Shown piece by piece: positions 25,168-36,900 of a stretch of DNA of 64,000 nucleotides. Within the stretch, counting starts at the first letter, position 1, and every line of letters begins with the position of its first letter. The translations under genes were made by a program, and so were the position numbers. The notes under the pieces were generated by a model. It saw only the letters and a program-made list of their open reading frames with translations, did no database searches and had not been told where the DNA came from. Source of the DNA: Macrostomum lignano (taxonomy: Eukaryota); contig NIVC01000871.1 of NCBI GenBank assembly GCA_002269645.1, positions 48,513 through 112,512 of the forward strand, given 5' to 3'.

Positions 25168-26551
25168 CTATTTAAAACTGTAATTTTCAAGGCCGCTGCT
25201 AAAATTCCCAATGCAAACTATATAGTTAAAATATACACATTGAGACAGTATTTCCCCCCCCTCCAACAATCCCACCATGAGCCTTGGCGTGAAATCGAAC
25301 AGATAAGAACCATAAGATAAACCCAAAGGGGATGTGAACTTGATAGTAATCATTAGAAATGCCTCCTGTTCTAGTACGCGGATGTCGCGAAGTGGTACGT
25401 AAAGCTCGACTTCTTCACTTAGCAAAATTCGGACGGAGAACAAGGACTTCATTTGATTGGGAGTGTCCGTAATCGCGGCAAGGTCGTGCGTCTTACGAGC
25501 GTGTTCAACTTTTCTCTACAGGCCTCGTGCGATGCTGGGACTTCAGTGTCGAAGCCACCGAAGTCGACACTCTTCGCCACCATGCTGCGCGCATCGTTCA
25601 CATCCGCCTGATTGTCAATGCCATCATCGATTTCCTCGTTGTCATCTTCGAAGTCGTCGTCTAATCGCTGACGCCTGCGGGTTTTTAGTCGAACGGCGTC
25701 GTCTTTCGACATCTGTACACCTGTTGGTCGCTGCTGCAGGATGCTTGCACTGGCGCCCAAATTTACGACGCATTTCCTGAACGATATGACTGCTGTTGAT
25801 GTCAGCATCCGTTTTTCATGCGCATCTCCTTAAAACGTCGGATAATCTTTGAGCGCCAGAAGGTTTCGGAAGGGTCTTTTAGACCGGGATACGTTGCAAC
25901 AATTGCCTTGCACACATCGGTGAGATGGCTGCGTGAGACGTATGGGTTGCTGTGGAAGACGTAATCCGACAAAATGTTTTCAACGATGCACTTTAGGAAG
26001 AGGTTGAGAAACGTCGCATTGTTTTTTTTAAATCCGAGCTTTTTTCAGGATGGATTCGAAGATTACGAAGCGTATCTCAGTGAGGCTATCCAACCTTGGC
26101 AGTGGAAAAACGGCAGGCCATGGCAACCTCGCCCTTTCCTGATCGTCGTTAGTGCACCCATGGGGTGGATGAGGCGGACAAAGCAATCGGTTTTGGCACC
26201 GCATCTGGACACGAATTTCTGGGTGTTATAGATGCAGATGCTGCTAGAAAAGTTGCTGGCTCGCTGCGCACAGTCAGAGAGCAATTCTCCTTGTAGAAGA
26301 AAGTAGACATTCTTCCCTTCTTTTGCGACTTCCGGAATAAGTTCGTCGTCATCAATCTCGAATCCATCTGCAGTAACGATGCGCACATTTTCCGCATCGA
26401 TAATGTCCAACTTAGCACACCCTTCTGTGCGCAGGTAATTAATGGAGAGACCTGAAGCTGGTAACATCATTACAGGTTAAGACAGGTCATGACAGGTTAA
26501 GGGTCCAAAAATAGAATTCGGACCCTTTCCGGACCTTTTAGATTTACAGTG
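25168..26551 (-). pseudogene. Decayed SAMD3-like accessory ORF of an EnSpm/CACTA-type transposon, with a terminus at 26551
   Basis: Frameshifted minus-strand peptides: WPAVFPLPRL; ILSDYVFHSNPYVSRSHLTDVCKAIVATYPGLKDP.ETFWRSKIIRRFKEMR (SAMD3-like pattern). Terminus reads CACTGTAAATCT on - with subterminal ACAGGT and GGTCC/GGACC repeats. May extend left beyond the MITE to ~22990. Confidence 0.55.
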
Positions 26552-26659
26552 CGGTACTTAGCGAGGACATCTTTTCTACTCTTGCTTGCTCCAGTGATGT
26601 TTCTATTCTTCAGCAGTACATTCAATTAACATGCAGCGGACGACAGCAAGGTTCGGAAT

Positions 26660-26675
26660 CAGTTTAGTTAGTTAT

Positions 26676-26762
<87 letters not shown>

Positions 26763-26763
26763 T

Positions 26764-26818
<55 letters not shown>

Positions 26819-26819
26819 T

Positions 26820-26910
<91 letters not shown>

Positions 26911-26911
26911 T

Positions 26912-26966
<55 letters not shown>

Positions 26967-26967
26967 T

Positions 26968-27038
<71 letters not shown>

Positions 27039-27110
27039 TTTAGTTAGTTAGTTAGTTAGTTAGTAATTTAGTTAGTCAGTTAGTTCGTCAGTTAGTTTTT
27101 TAGGTAGTTA
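26660..27110. repeat. (TTAG)n microsatellite
   Basis: Direct reading. Confidence 0.95.
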
Positions 27111-27533
27111 GGACCTAAGGTTTCTTGGTTTTTGAGTGAGTAATTATTTTAATTTTTTATCGTATTGGTGCGCTTTCAGACTTTTCAGAACTGTTCAACA
27201 GTGCCAATTTTCGCGCGAATTTGAATTAGACTTCATTTAATAATCGATTTGTATTAACACTTATCCGCCCTGTTCAATGGAGTTTCATGAAATCTGTTTA
27301 AAAACACCCGAGTACAGTTACAGATCGGATTAAATTATTTCGGTCTCCACCAGTTTTATTTAAAGGTAAAATATTACATTGAACGGTCAACGATGAGAGA
27401 AAACTGCTCTCTTGCTGATGCATTGTGAAGTGAATCGGATGTTCTCTCACATTCTGCAAGGCTTGAAGAAGAAGCTTATAAAAATAGTTATCTATGCCGA
27501 GTATATATTTAATTGAAGTGCCCGTAAGTTGCT

Positions 27534-27931
27534 TCAATTTTGAGGCAGTAAGAGATGATGCTGTTGCTGCTGCGCCTGCGGTTGCTGCTGCTGCACAAAT
27601 CGGTCAGGAGTGAGTTCCTTGTTGCCAGCAGTGCAGTCTCTCACAGCGGCAACCAGATCGTTGCGTCCCATGCGACTCAGGGCATCACTGAGCTGATCCA
27701 CCAGGCTCCCTCGCTCCGGAGCGGCACAGGTTCGCTTCCAGTACAGCAGAACTCGAAATGTAAAATTGCTGCTGCTGCCACCAGCGCCGCGGGTCGAGAT
27801 GGTCTCGAAGCCCAGGGCCGAAACGGCACTCTCGGGAATTCCCAGTTCAGCGGCCAGGGTCACCCCCTGCTGAATCTGTTCGGCCAGGGTCTGCAGGCTA
27901 CGGCGACTCAGCGCGCGGGGCTCGCGACCGT
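27534..27931 (-). CDS. ZU5-UPA-DD gene last exon: death domain
   Basis: ccttcag|ACGG; LQTLAEQI..GVTLAAELGI....TFRVLLYWK...LVDQLSDALSRMGRNDLVAAV; AATAAA on - at 27355-27360. Confidence 0.88.
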
Positions 27932-30900
27932 CTGAAGGATTTTTTGGGTTTTGGAGATATTGAAATCTATAGCTGTGATCCAAAGCTGTGATCTATAGCT
28001 GTGATCTTCAGCTGTGATCTATAGCTGTGATCTATAGCTGTGATCTATAGCTGTGATCTATAGCTGTGATCTATATCTGTGATCTGCGATCTATAGCTGG
28101 GATCTATAGCTGTGATCTATATCTGTGATCTGTGATCTATAGCTGTGATCTATATCTGTGATCTATATCTGTGATCTATAGCTGTGATCTATAGCTGCGA
28201 TCTATAGCTGCGATCTATAGCTGGGATCTATAGCTCCCATCGTCCCCTCCCACCGGGCACTCACGAGCTGGCTGGGCGTTCCTCTTCGGTGCCAGCAGTC
28301 GCTGTTGGCTCTCCAGCCGGGCCTGCTGCGGGTCCAACTCGTAGATCCGCAGCTTAAGAATCCTGGGATAATGAAACCAACCGCCTGGTTTCTGCTGATC
28401 GTCCTGTCGGTTTCCGGCACTTCCGGCCGCTTCATCGGCGTTTTCGCTGTCCAGAGCGGCCGGCGGAGGCGGCGGAGGCGGCGGCTTGAGGTCCAGGTAC
28501 TGCTTCAACGCGTGGAAGCCAACGCTGAACTCGTGATTGGACAGGACTTTGCCGGCGGAGCTGAGCAGCTTGATGGAGCCTCTGTCCGGTTTGTTGGGTT
28601 GCAGTGGGAATATGATTGAATGGGATTTTTGTGTGATTTTGGGATTTCTTAGAGTAAGATGGGATGTCTTAGGGATCAGATTGGATTTCTTAGGGATCAG
28701 ATTGGATTTCTTAGGGATAAAATGGGATTTCATAGGGGATCACATTGGATTTCTTGGGGATCAGATGGGAATTTCGTTGGGACCAGATGAGATCCCAAAA
28801 GAATCCCGAACTTCTAAATCTCATCTCTCTAGAGTCTTAAACTCTAAGAACCTCAGAAAACCTTGTCTTAACTCACCTAAACGTAAGCGTCTCATTCCCT
28901 GCCTTGTCCACCAGCTTCGCCTCGGCCGTCTCCTTCCTGTCGCCCTCGTCCTCGGCCAGCTCCAACAAGTAGGAGAAAAAATCCGACACGATGGTCACCG
29001 TGCGATCTGTCGGCACCAGCTCGAACACGACGGGATTGTCGGCGAATCTCTGGTGATACTGGAAGCTTACGCGGTCTCCGGCCTGACTGTCGGGCGTCTG
29101 CTGCAGCTGAAAGTCGCCCGTCAATTCGACGCTGAAGCTGTCGCCTTCGCGTAGCAGCAGCTGCTCGGATTTGGTCATCTCGGCTGCCGCGGCGGCTGCG
29201 GCAACTGAGGCCGCGTTCTGGCGCCCGGCTCTGACGGCGCGGTCAACTCGAGCGCCAGTCGGTTGCAGCGGCGGCAGCAGCTGCCATCGAAGAACGTCTT
29301 GACCGTCGATTGGTCCGGCTCCTGATGCTGATGATGAAGGTTTCATTACAACTAAATCTAGGGACTCTTTTCATCTGCAGGATGCTTGCTATCTGGGGGA
29401 TGCTTGCTATCTGGGGGATGCTTGCTATCTGGGGATGCTTGCTATCTGGGGGATGCTTGCTATCTGGGGGATGCTTGCTAACTGGGGGATGCTTGCTATC
29501 TGGGGGATGCTTGCTATCTGGGGGATGCTTGCTATCTGGGGGATGCTTGCAATCTGGGGGATGCTTGCAATCTGGGGGATGCTTGCTATCTGGGGGATGC
29601 TTGCAATCTGGGGGATGCTTGCTATCTGGGGGATGCTTGCTATCTGGGGGATGCTTGCTATCTGGGGATGCTTGCAATCTGGGGGATGCTTGCTATCTGG
29701 GGATGCTTGCAATCTGGGGGATGCTTGCTATCTGGGGATGCTTGCTATCTGGGGGATCCTTGCTATCTGGGGGATGCTTGCAATCTGGGGGATGCTTGCT
29801 ATCTGGGGGATGCTTGCTATCTGGGGGATGCTTGCTATCTGGGGGATGCTTGCTATCTGGGGGATGCTTGCTATCTGGGGGATGCTTGCTATCTGGGGGA
29901 TGCTTGCTATCTGGGGGATGCTTGCTATCTGGGGGATGCTTGCTATCTGGGGGATGCTTGCTATCTGGGGGATGCTTGCTATCTGGGGGATGCTTGCAAT
30001 CTGGGGGATGCTTGCTATCTGGGGGATGCTTGCTATCTGGGGGATGCTTGCTATCTGGGGGATGCTTGCAATCTGGGGGATGCTTGCTATCTGGGGGATG
30101 CTTGCAATCTGGGGGTTGCTTGCTATCTGGGGGATGCTTGCTATCTGGGGGATGCTTGCTATCTGGGGGATGCTTGCAATCTGGGGGATGCTTGCTATCT
30201 GGGGGATGCTTGCTAACTGGGGGATGCTTGCTATCTGGGGGATGCTTGCTATCTGGGGGATTCTTGCTATCTGGGGGATGCTTGCTAACTGGGGGATGCT
30301 TGCTATCTGGGGGATGCTTGCTATCTGGGGATGCTTGCTATCTGGGGGATGCTTGCTATCTGGGGGATGCTTGCTATCTGGGGGATGCTTGCAATCTGGG
30401 GGATGCTTGCTATCTGGGGGATGCTTGCAATCTGGGGGATGCTTGCTATCTGGGGGATGCTTGCAATCTGGGGGATGCTTGCTATCTGGGGGATGCTTGC
30501 AATCTGGGGGATGCTTGCTATCTGGGGATGCTTGCTATCTGGGGGATGCTTGCTATCTGGGGGATGCTTGCTATCTGGGGGATGCTTGCTATCTGGGGGA
30601 TGCTTGCTATCTGGGGGATGCTTGCTAACTGGGGGATGCTTGCTATCTGGGGGATGCTTGCTATCTGGGGGATGCTTGCTATCTGGGGGATGCTTGCAAT
30701 CTGGGGGATGCTTGCTATCTGGGGGATGCTTGCAATCTGGGGGATGCTTGCTATCTGGGGGATGCTTGCTAACTGGGGGATGCTTGCTATCTGGGTGGAT
30801 GCTTGCTATCTGGGGGATGCTTGCTAACTGGGAGATGCTTGCTATCTGGGGGATGCTTGCTATCTGGGGGATGCTTGCTATCTGGGGGATGCTTGCAATC

Positions 30901-33900
30901 TGGGGGATGCTTGCTATCTGGGGGATGCTTGCTATCTGGGGGATGCTTGCTATCTGGGGGATGCTTGATATCTGGGGGATGCTTGCTATCTGGGGATGCT
31001 TGCTATCTGGGGGATTCTTGCTATCTGGGGATGCTTGCTATCTGGGGATGCTTGCTATCTGGGGGATTCTTGCTATCTGGGGGATGCTTGCTATCTGGGG
31101 GATGCTTGCTATCTGGGGATGCTTGCTATCTGGGGGATATTTTCTATTTAGGGGAAATGCCTAATGAAAATTGTCTTTTTGTTACTCCCGTTCTCACCTG
31201 CGGCAGTAGCTGAAGACGCGTCCGCTGCACCCTCCGGCAGAGGCGCGCAGCGGGCACACAGAGCCCAGCGTCGCCTATCGAACGCGATGAAGAGATTCAG
31301 CTGTCCTGGACGTCCAGTGTTCAGCGCCTCCAGGTGCTGCAGGCCCAGCACGGCTCTCGGCAGTCGGGCGGGAATCGCGTCTACGAAGCAAAACCTGGCC
31401 GCCAGCTGTTTCGACTCGAAGCTAACGGTGGTTCGAGTCAGCCTCGGCGAGGCGCGCTTCAAATCCAGCAGGGTCCACTGGCCGCCCACGTCGGCGTCTA
31501 AACGGAAGGCGACGGCGAGTCGAGCGGTGGCTTCCTTGCGTTCGCTGTCTCGCAGCCAGGCTGGCAGAGGCAGCTTGACGGTGACACCTCGTCGGATCGG
31601 AGTCGCGTCGTCGTCTTCGGCGGCGTGGTCGTGATCGTCGTCACAACGGAAACTGTACATCGGGGTGAGGGCGGCGATGTCCATTGTTTCGGAGCGGCGA
31701 AGCTGGCGAGCGAGGGCAGCGCCTTTGTCCGTGAATGGGAGGATCTGTGGGATGGCATTTGATGGAATCTCAATCGTTTTACTCAACCAGTTGATCAAAT
31801 CAATCAAACCAATCAAACCAATCAAATCAATCAAATTTATCAGCCCAATCAAATCATAAATTTATCAATCAAGGAATTACCCTCAGTTTAAACAGTCTGG
31901 GCACTGGGAAGGCATTCTTGGGCACCCGCAGCGACACGCATTGGTCGATGCGAAAATCGATGAGCCCTCCGTTCGGAGAGATCTGGAAGGTCTCCTCCAC
32001 TGGAGACAGCAGCATCATGTACGTTCCAAGGCTGCGAGTGTCCACTCTGATGCTGGAGTGGTCCGCCTGTGGATTAAACAGAATATTTTGGATAAAAAAA
32101 TGCTTCGAATTTTAACAAAAAAAATGAGTGAGTCAATTAAACTACTATCAGTAGAATAATATATCTATTGGGGATTTTCCACGTTTAGTATAGTGGACTA
32201 GCAAGCTGCGCCCCCAACAAAGACAAAAATATGAATATTGAGCTATTGTTAATTGCTCAAGGAAACTGAGGCTAAAAGTAAAAAGCATCCGCCCTGAAAG
32301 TCAGCTGTTTACAGGGCGATTCGTTAAAATGGTCGAACCCTAACCCTACCCAAACACTAACAATAACCCTGCTGAGGGTTACAACGTTTCAGCAACTCTC
32401 CCATGTGCCTGCCTTGACAACTCAGCCATTCCACCCCCCCCCCCCCAATGAACCATGGCATTTTAGCAGCTCCTCCACGAGTACTTTACAATTTGACAGG
32501 GCGAATCGCATACTCAAGGGCCTGAGTGCACAAGGCAGGGCCGCTGTACACCCGTGTGAGCGTGTGTATGAGTGCGTACAGTACTGGCATGTGTAGTGAC
32601 TGGCTGCTAGCTGGTTATTCAGCAGCATTCACTAGCTTTCCCTAAGAGTGCTGTGGTCCGCTGCACAGTAGCTCAGTCCACCTGATCTAGTGAGAGAGTT
32701 AGTGAGAGAGTTGCTGGGCCTAAGTGTTTACTGCCCGATGACTCATCGCCTGAGCAGGCGTGGGCAGCCACACTCAATGTCTTCCCACTCGCGCTGAGGA
32801 GGCGTAGCAGGATGACTCATCACCTGCGCGGAGTATAATGACTGCCTAGAGGGAGTAAATAGGATGACTCATCCGCCCATGTTCTATTTTTAGCACAGAA
32901 AAGCACGTGACTGTGCACGCACACTGTGCGTGGCCACTGACCTTGAGTCACGCCACTGCTGCGTGACAGGGTTGCCTTATTTGGAAGTTGGCCTTGAATC
33001 ACGCGTCGCTCGTGGACAAGCGTGGTACCTGCGGTTTAGGCTACTGGTTTATTTTTAATTTGATTAATCTAAGCTCGAGAGACTCCGGGCTTAGATTAAG
33101 CTAGAAGATTTCCTAGCTACCTTAAATTGGATGAATAGTTGTTACGATCTTAGGTTTACTTTGCTCTACTAATCTGCTATTACGTACTTTTATTTGGTAG
33201 GTCGCTGCCACCAGACTAATGCCCCTTATAATTAATGTTAAATTAAAATAAGTGAGACAAGAGTCAATTTCATATAAGATTATTTAGATCAAACAAACAA
33301 AAGAAATATTATTAAACCAAATATGCAAAAGAAGCTATACAATTAATCCCTATGTTAACAATTCGGTAGACTCCGATTCTTAGTTAGACTAATGGTAGAC
33401 TCCCTTAGTCTTTCCCTATGTTACCTAATTTATTCCTATTCTTCGGTAGACTCCGTTTTGACTAAGTGGTAGACTCCTTCTTAGCCTCCCTATTTTACCC
33501 TAACTTACCCTTAATTTCTGTTTTAGAATTTTTTTTAGTATTTCTATCTTTATACAAGGGAGACTCCCTTATATTTTGAGTTTGTGCTTTGAGACTTAGT
33601 CTCTGAAATATTGTCCTGATGGACGGTCCTGAACGGATCCTTGACTGATTGTCCCGAACGGATGCTTTTCCCGAGGCTAAACAGCCTTTTACTAATAGAG
33701 GAACCCGCTAATACTCGAATTCCCACAACTTCAGATATTTCCCCGAGGGTGAACTACTAACAGTAGCGTAAAAGCAAAACTGCTTATTCTCGATTTCGGA
33801 AAACTAAAATAATTATCTCGACGAATCGGAAACCTTGGCAAACGCCCTTAGCAAAACTGCTTGAACTAAACCCCCTACTACACTTACCCCCCACTAAAAA

Positions 33901-36900
33901 AAAATGTGCAAACCCCTTTGCATATTTAGTTAATATCGGGTTTATTTCAAGTAATTCAGACAGTATTAGTAGTGGCATGCATGGACTAAATATAAGCAAT
34001 ATAATGAGCATGATTAAGCAATAATAATAACTGAGTAATGGTAGCATAGCATAGTATGGAACATAGTATGATTAATTAGTAATATACGGTATAGGTAGTA
34101 ATAATAGCATACTATCAGCAAAGGTAATAAACAGTACGAGTACATGATTAAGGAAAATTAAACGACAATAATTAAGCCATACAATATTAGTTGAGCAATA
34201 TTATGTGAGCATTGAGTATAATGGGATTCATGAAATAGGCAATGACCATATAGGTTTCCTTCCTGAATATTATCGATATGTAAAGATATATATAAGGCCA
34301 AGAAGCGGTGCAATAATTTGAGAAAAAGAAAAAAAATGGCACTATGGCACTGTGTAAAATGCAGACAACATAGAAAAGAAAAGTTAAAGCTGTGTGGTTG
34401 TGTAATAATAACAAAAAAAAAATTACCAGCAATGGAAGCGTTAATCCCTGGGTTATTAAATTTTCAACTCAAAGATTCCCTAGGGGTCGGCAGGTTGGCG
34501 CCCTCTGCGCACACTGGTAAAGCAGGCCGGTTGCTGGCGTTTTCTTGCCTTCCGGGTCAAATAATTCTGCCAGGTCGCGTAGATGTTCACTCACCTGGTA
34601 CGGTGATATTGGTCCTTTCGCCCGTTCCTCTGCATGCTGCAACGCATAGGTGCAGGCCACCTCTAAGCTCTGGATGCGCTGCGCCGCCGTAGCCTTAGCG
34701 AGAAATCGTGTGCAGGCCGCTGGCACTGTCGGATCGTACCGGCCCGTGTTGCCGGTCTGCAGCAACCACCTTTTCAGGGCCTTTGTGCACTTCCGGAACT
34801 TTCTTGGACTGGCGCCGGAAGGTTCGTTCGCTGCGTCTTGGTTGCTGGGCGGTGGTGCGTCGTCTCGAAATAGTCCGGCGACATCCAAGGGAGGCTCATC
34901 CGCCACCGGAGCCGGCTTATGCTCTTGGACATCATTGCTTGGTGGTTCCTCTGCCACTGGTGCCTCATTGGCAGGGCTCAAGGCCTCTTCAATATCGGGC
35001 AGGCTAACATCTAGCAACATTCGTAAAAACTCATCGTGCTCTTCTCTTCTCTCTTCTTCCTGCTTCCTTGTCTCGGCTTCCAGATCTGCGCCTCCCAGAT
35101 CTATTATTAATCTACCTTCGCCTTCTTCTTCCTTCGTAATCGGTTCTTCCCGTGGATGGGGTTTCTCGGGCTCGTCAGCCGTTTCTATCACCCTTACTGC
35201 GCGCACTCTCGGGGGTTCATTTTCGTCTGAATCATGTCTCCTTTTTCCGGAATAAATCTTTTTAATAGGATAAATGCGCTCCGGGGCATCAGCCATAATG
35301 CTATTCGAGCTGGAAGAGTAGATAGGGGTTAAACAACTCCTTTACTCTCTGTACGTAGCTCTTCTGGCCTGGGTCTATCGCTAATCTACTCGGCTCCCGT
35401 CTATTTCTAACTGGTCTATTTTCGACTACTGGCTGTTCGTTATTTTGTACTGGCATATCTTGCACTGGTATATCCTGCACTGGCATAACCTGCACTGGCA
35501 CTGGAACATTATTTTGAATTTGCACTGGCACAAACTGCACTTCATCTTCATGTTCACTCTCACTGTCGGCTGCTTCGTACATCGGATTAAGCGGTACATT
35601 TTCTCGAAGTTTCGGTCGCCTGGCACAACTGCTTTCTGGCTTTTCTTCCTCACTAACGTAATCGGCTGTTGGTACGGGTAGTAAATTATCCCTATGCATG
35701 ACTAATTCCTCTTTTCTAGCCTTAGTACTTTTGTTTAATAATCTAATCCTGTAAACTACTTCTGATAACTGTTCTATGACCTCGTAGACTGCTCTTCTCT
35801 TCCTGTGGAACTTGTTGGCTTCTGTCTGTGTGATGACTGGGTTGTTAATGAAAACTAAGCTCCCTATAGGTAAGTCTGGTTGTTTAGGTTTGTTAGAATA
35901 GTGCTGCTCACGCTTACGTTGTATTAATTTGAGCCGCTGTTTGGCGAGTTCTTGCCCCTCTTGCAGGTGAGTCAAGTGCTCTTGAACATAAGCAGGCAGA
36001 TCGGCGAACGCCTTTGGCTGCTGGAACACATTGTCACTCGGCATCCGGGCCTCTCTTCCAAACACAAGATAATGCGGGCTGAAACCTGTGGCTGTATGCG
36101 TGCTGGTGCGCAATGCAGTTATACAACCGGGCAATAGAACATCCCAGTTCGCATGTTCTTTCTCGAGCAAACAGGTAAGAATTGACTTAATTTGTTTGTT
36201 TAAATTCTCTACTAGCCCATTGCTTTGTGGATGATAGCTTGTTGTCCTAGTGTGCCTAATCCCATAGAGGTCTAGAAACTTCCTAAATGCTCTCCCTGTA
36301 AATTGTGTTCCCTGATCCGTGTGAATCCACTGAGGTATTCCAAAGTCGGCGAAAACTCGCTCCTGCAGAATTTTGATTACTGTCTTAGCCTTCTGATTTT
36401 TAATTGCAAACGCAAACGGAAATTTGCTAGTGCTGTCAATAACTGACAAGACATATTTGTTACCAGATTTGCTAGTCTGACTGATCGGACCTATCAAATC
36501 AATGTGAAGGCGTGAGAATGGCTCGACAATAGGAAAATTCTGCACTGGTGCCTTGCATCGCTTTCTTGATTTACTTTCTAAACAAGATTTGCACTTGGCG
36601 ACGTACTTTTCGACTGCTGTAGCTAATCCTACTCTCCAAAATCTTTCCTTAACTCGCTGATAAGTTTTATCTCTTCCTAGATGACCTGCTAACGGTGAAT
36701 CGTGGAATTCGTGAAAAACTTCACCATCCAAAGACTTGGGCAACACCACTTTAGATTCGGTCCGCCCTAAATTTAAGTCTATTCGGAGAACACCGTCTTC
36801 TATCCTGAAGAGTTCATAATAACCTAGCAGATTTCTAATCTCGTGAGACAATTCTAGTCTTTCTTGAAAGTTCGGTTTCGGCAAGTCAGACTCAATCAGA

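Noticed and set aside
26660-27110. (TTAG)n as an interstitial telomere
   Set aside because: Unit is TTAG, not TTAGG or TTAGGG; behaves as an ordinary tetranucleotide microsatellite (also at 3820-4205)
29243-31213. Long ORFs such as MLAIWG/GGCLLS/GDACYL repeats, and similar ORFs at 493-1434, 1954-3141, 6059-6722, 7226-8245, 13098-14098, 56124-57098, 57655-58218, 59222-61927
   Set aside because: Translations of stop-free tandem-repeat units lying inside introns of spliced genes; no independent coding evidence
34469-35296. ORF3 as an envelope gene
   Set aside because: No signal peptide, transmembrane segment, furin site or N-glycosylation-rich ectodomain
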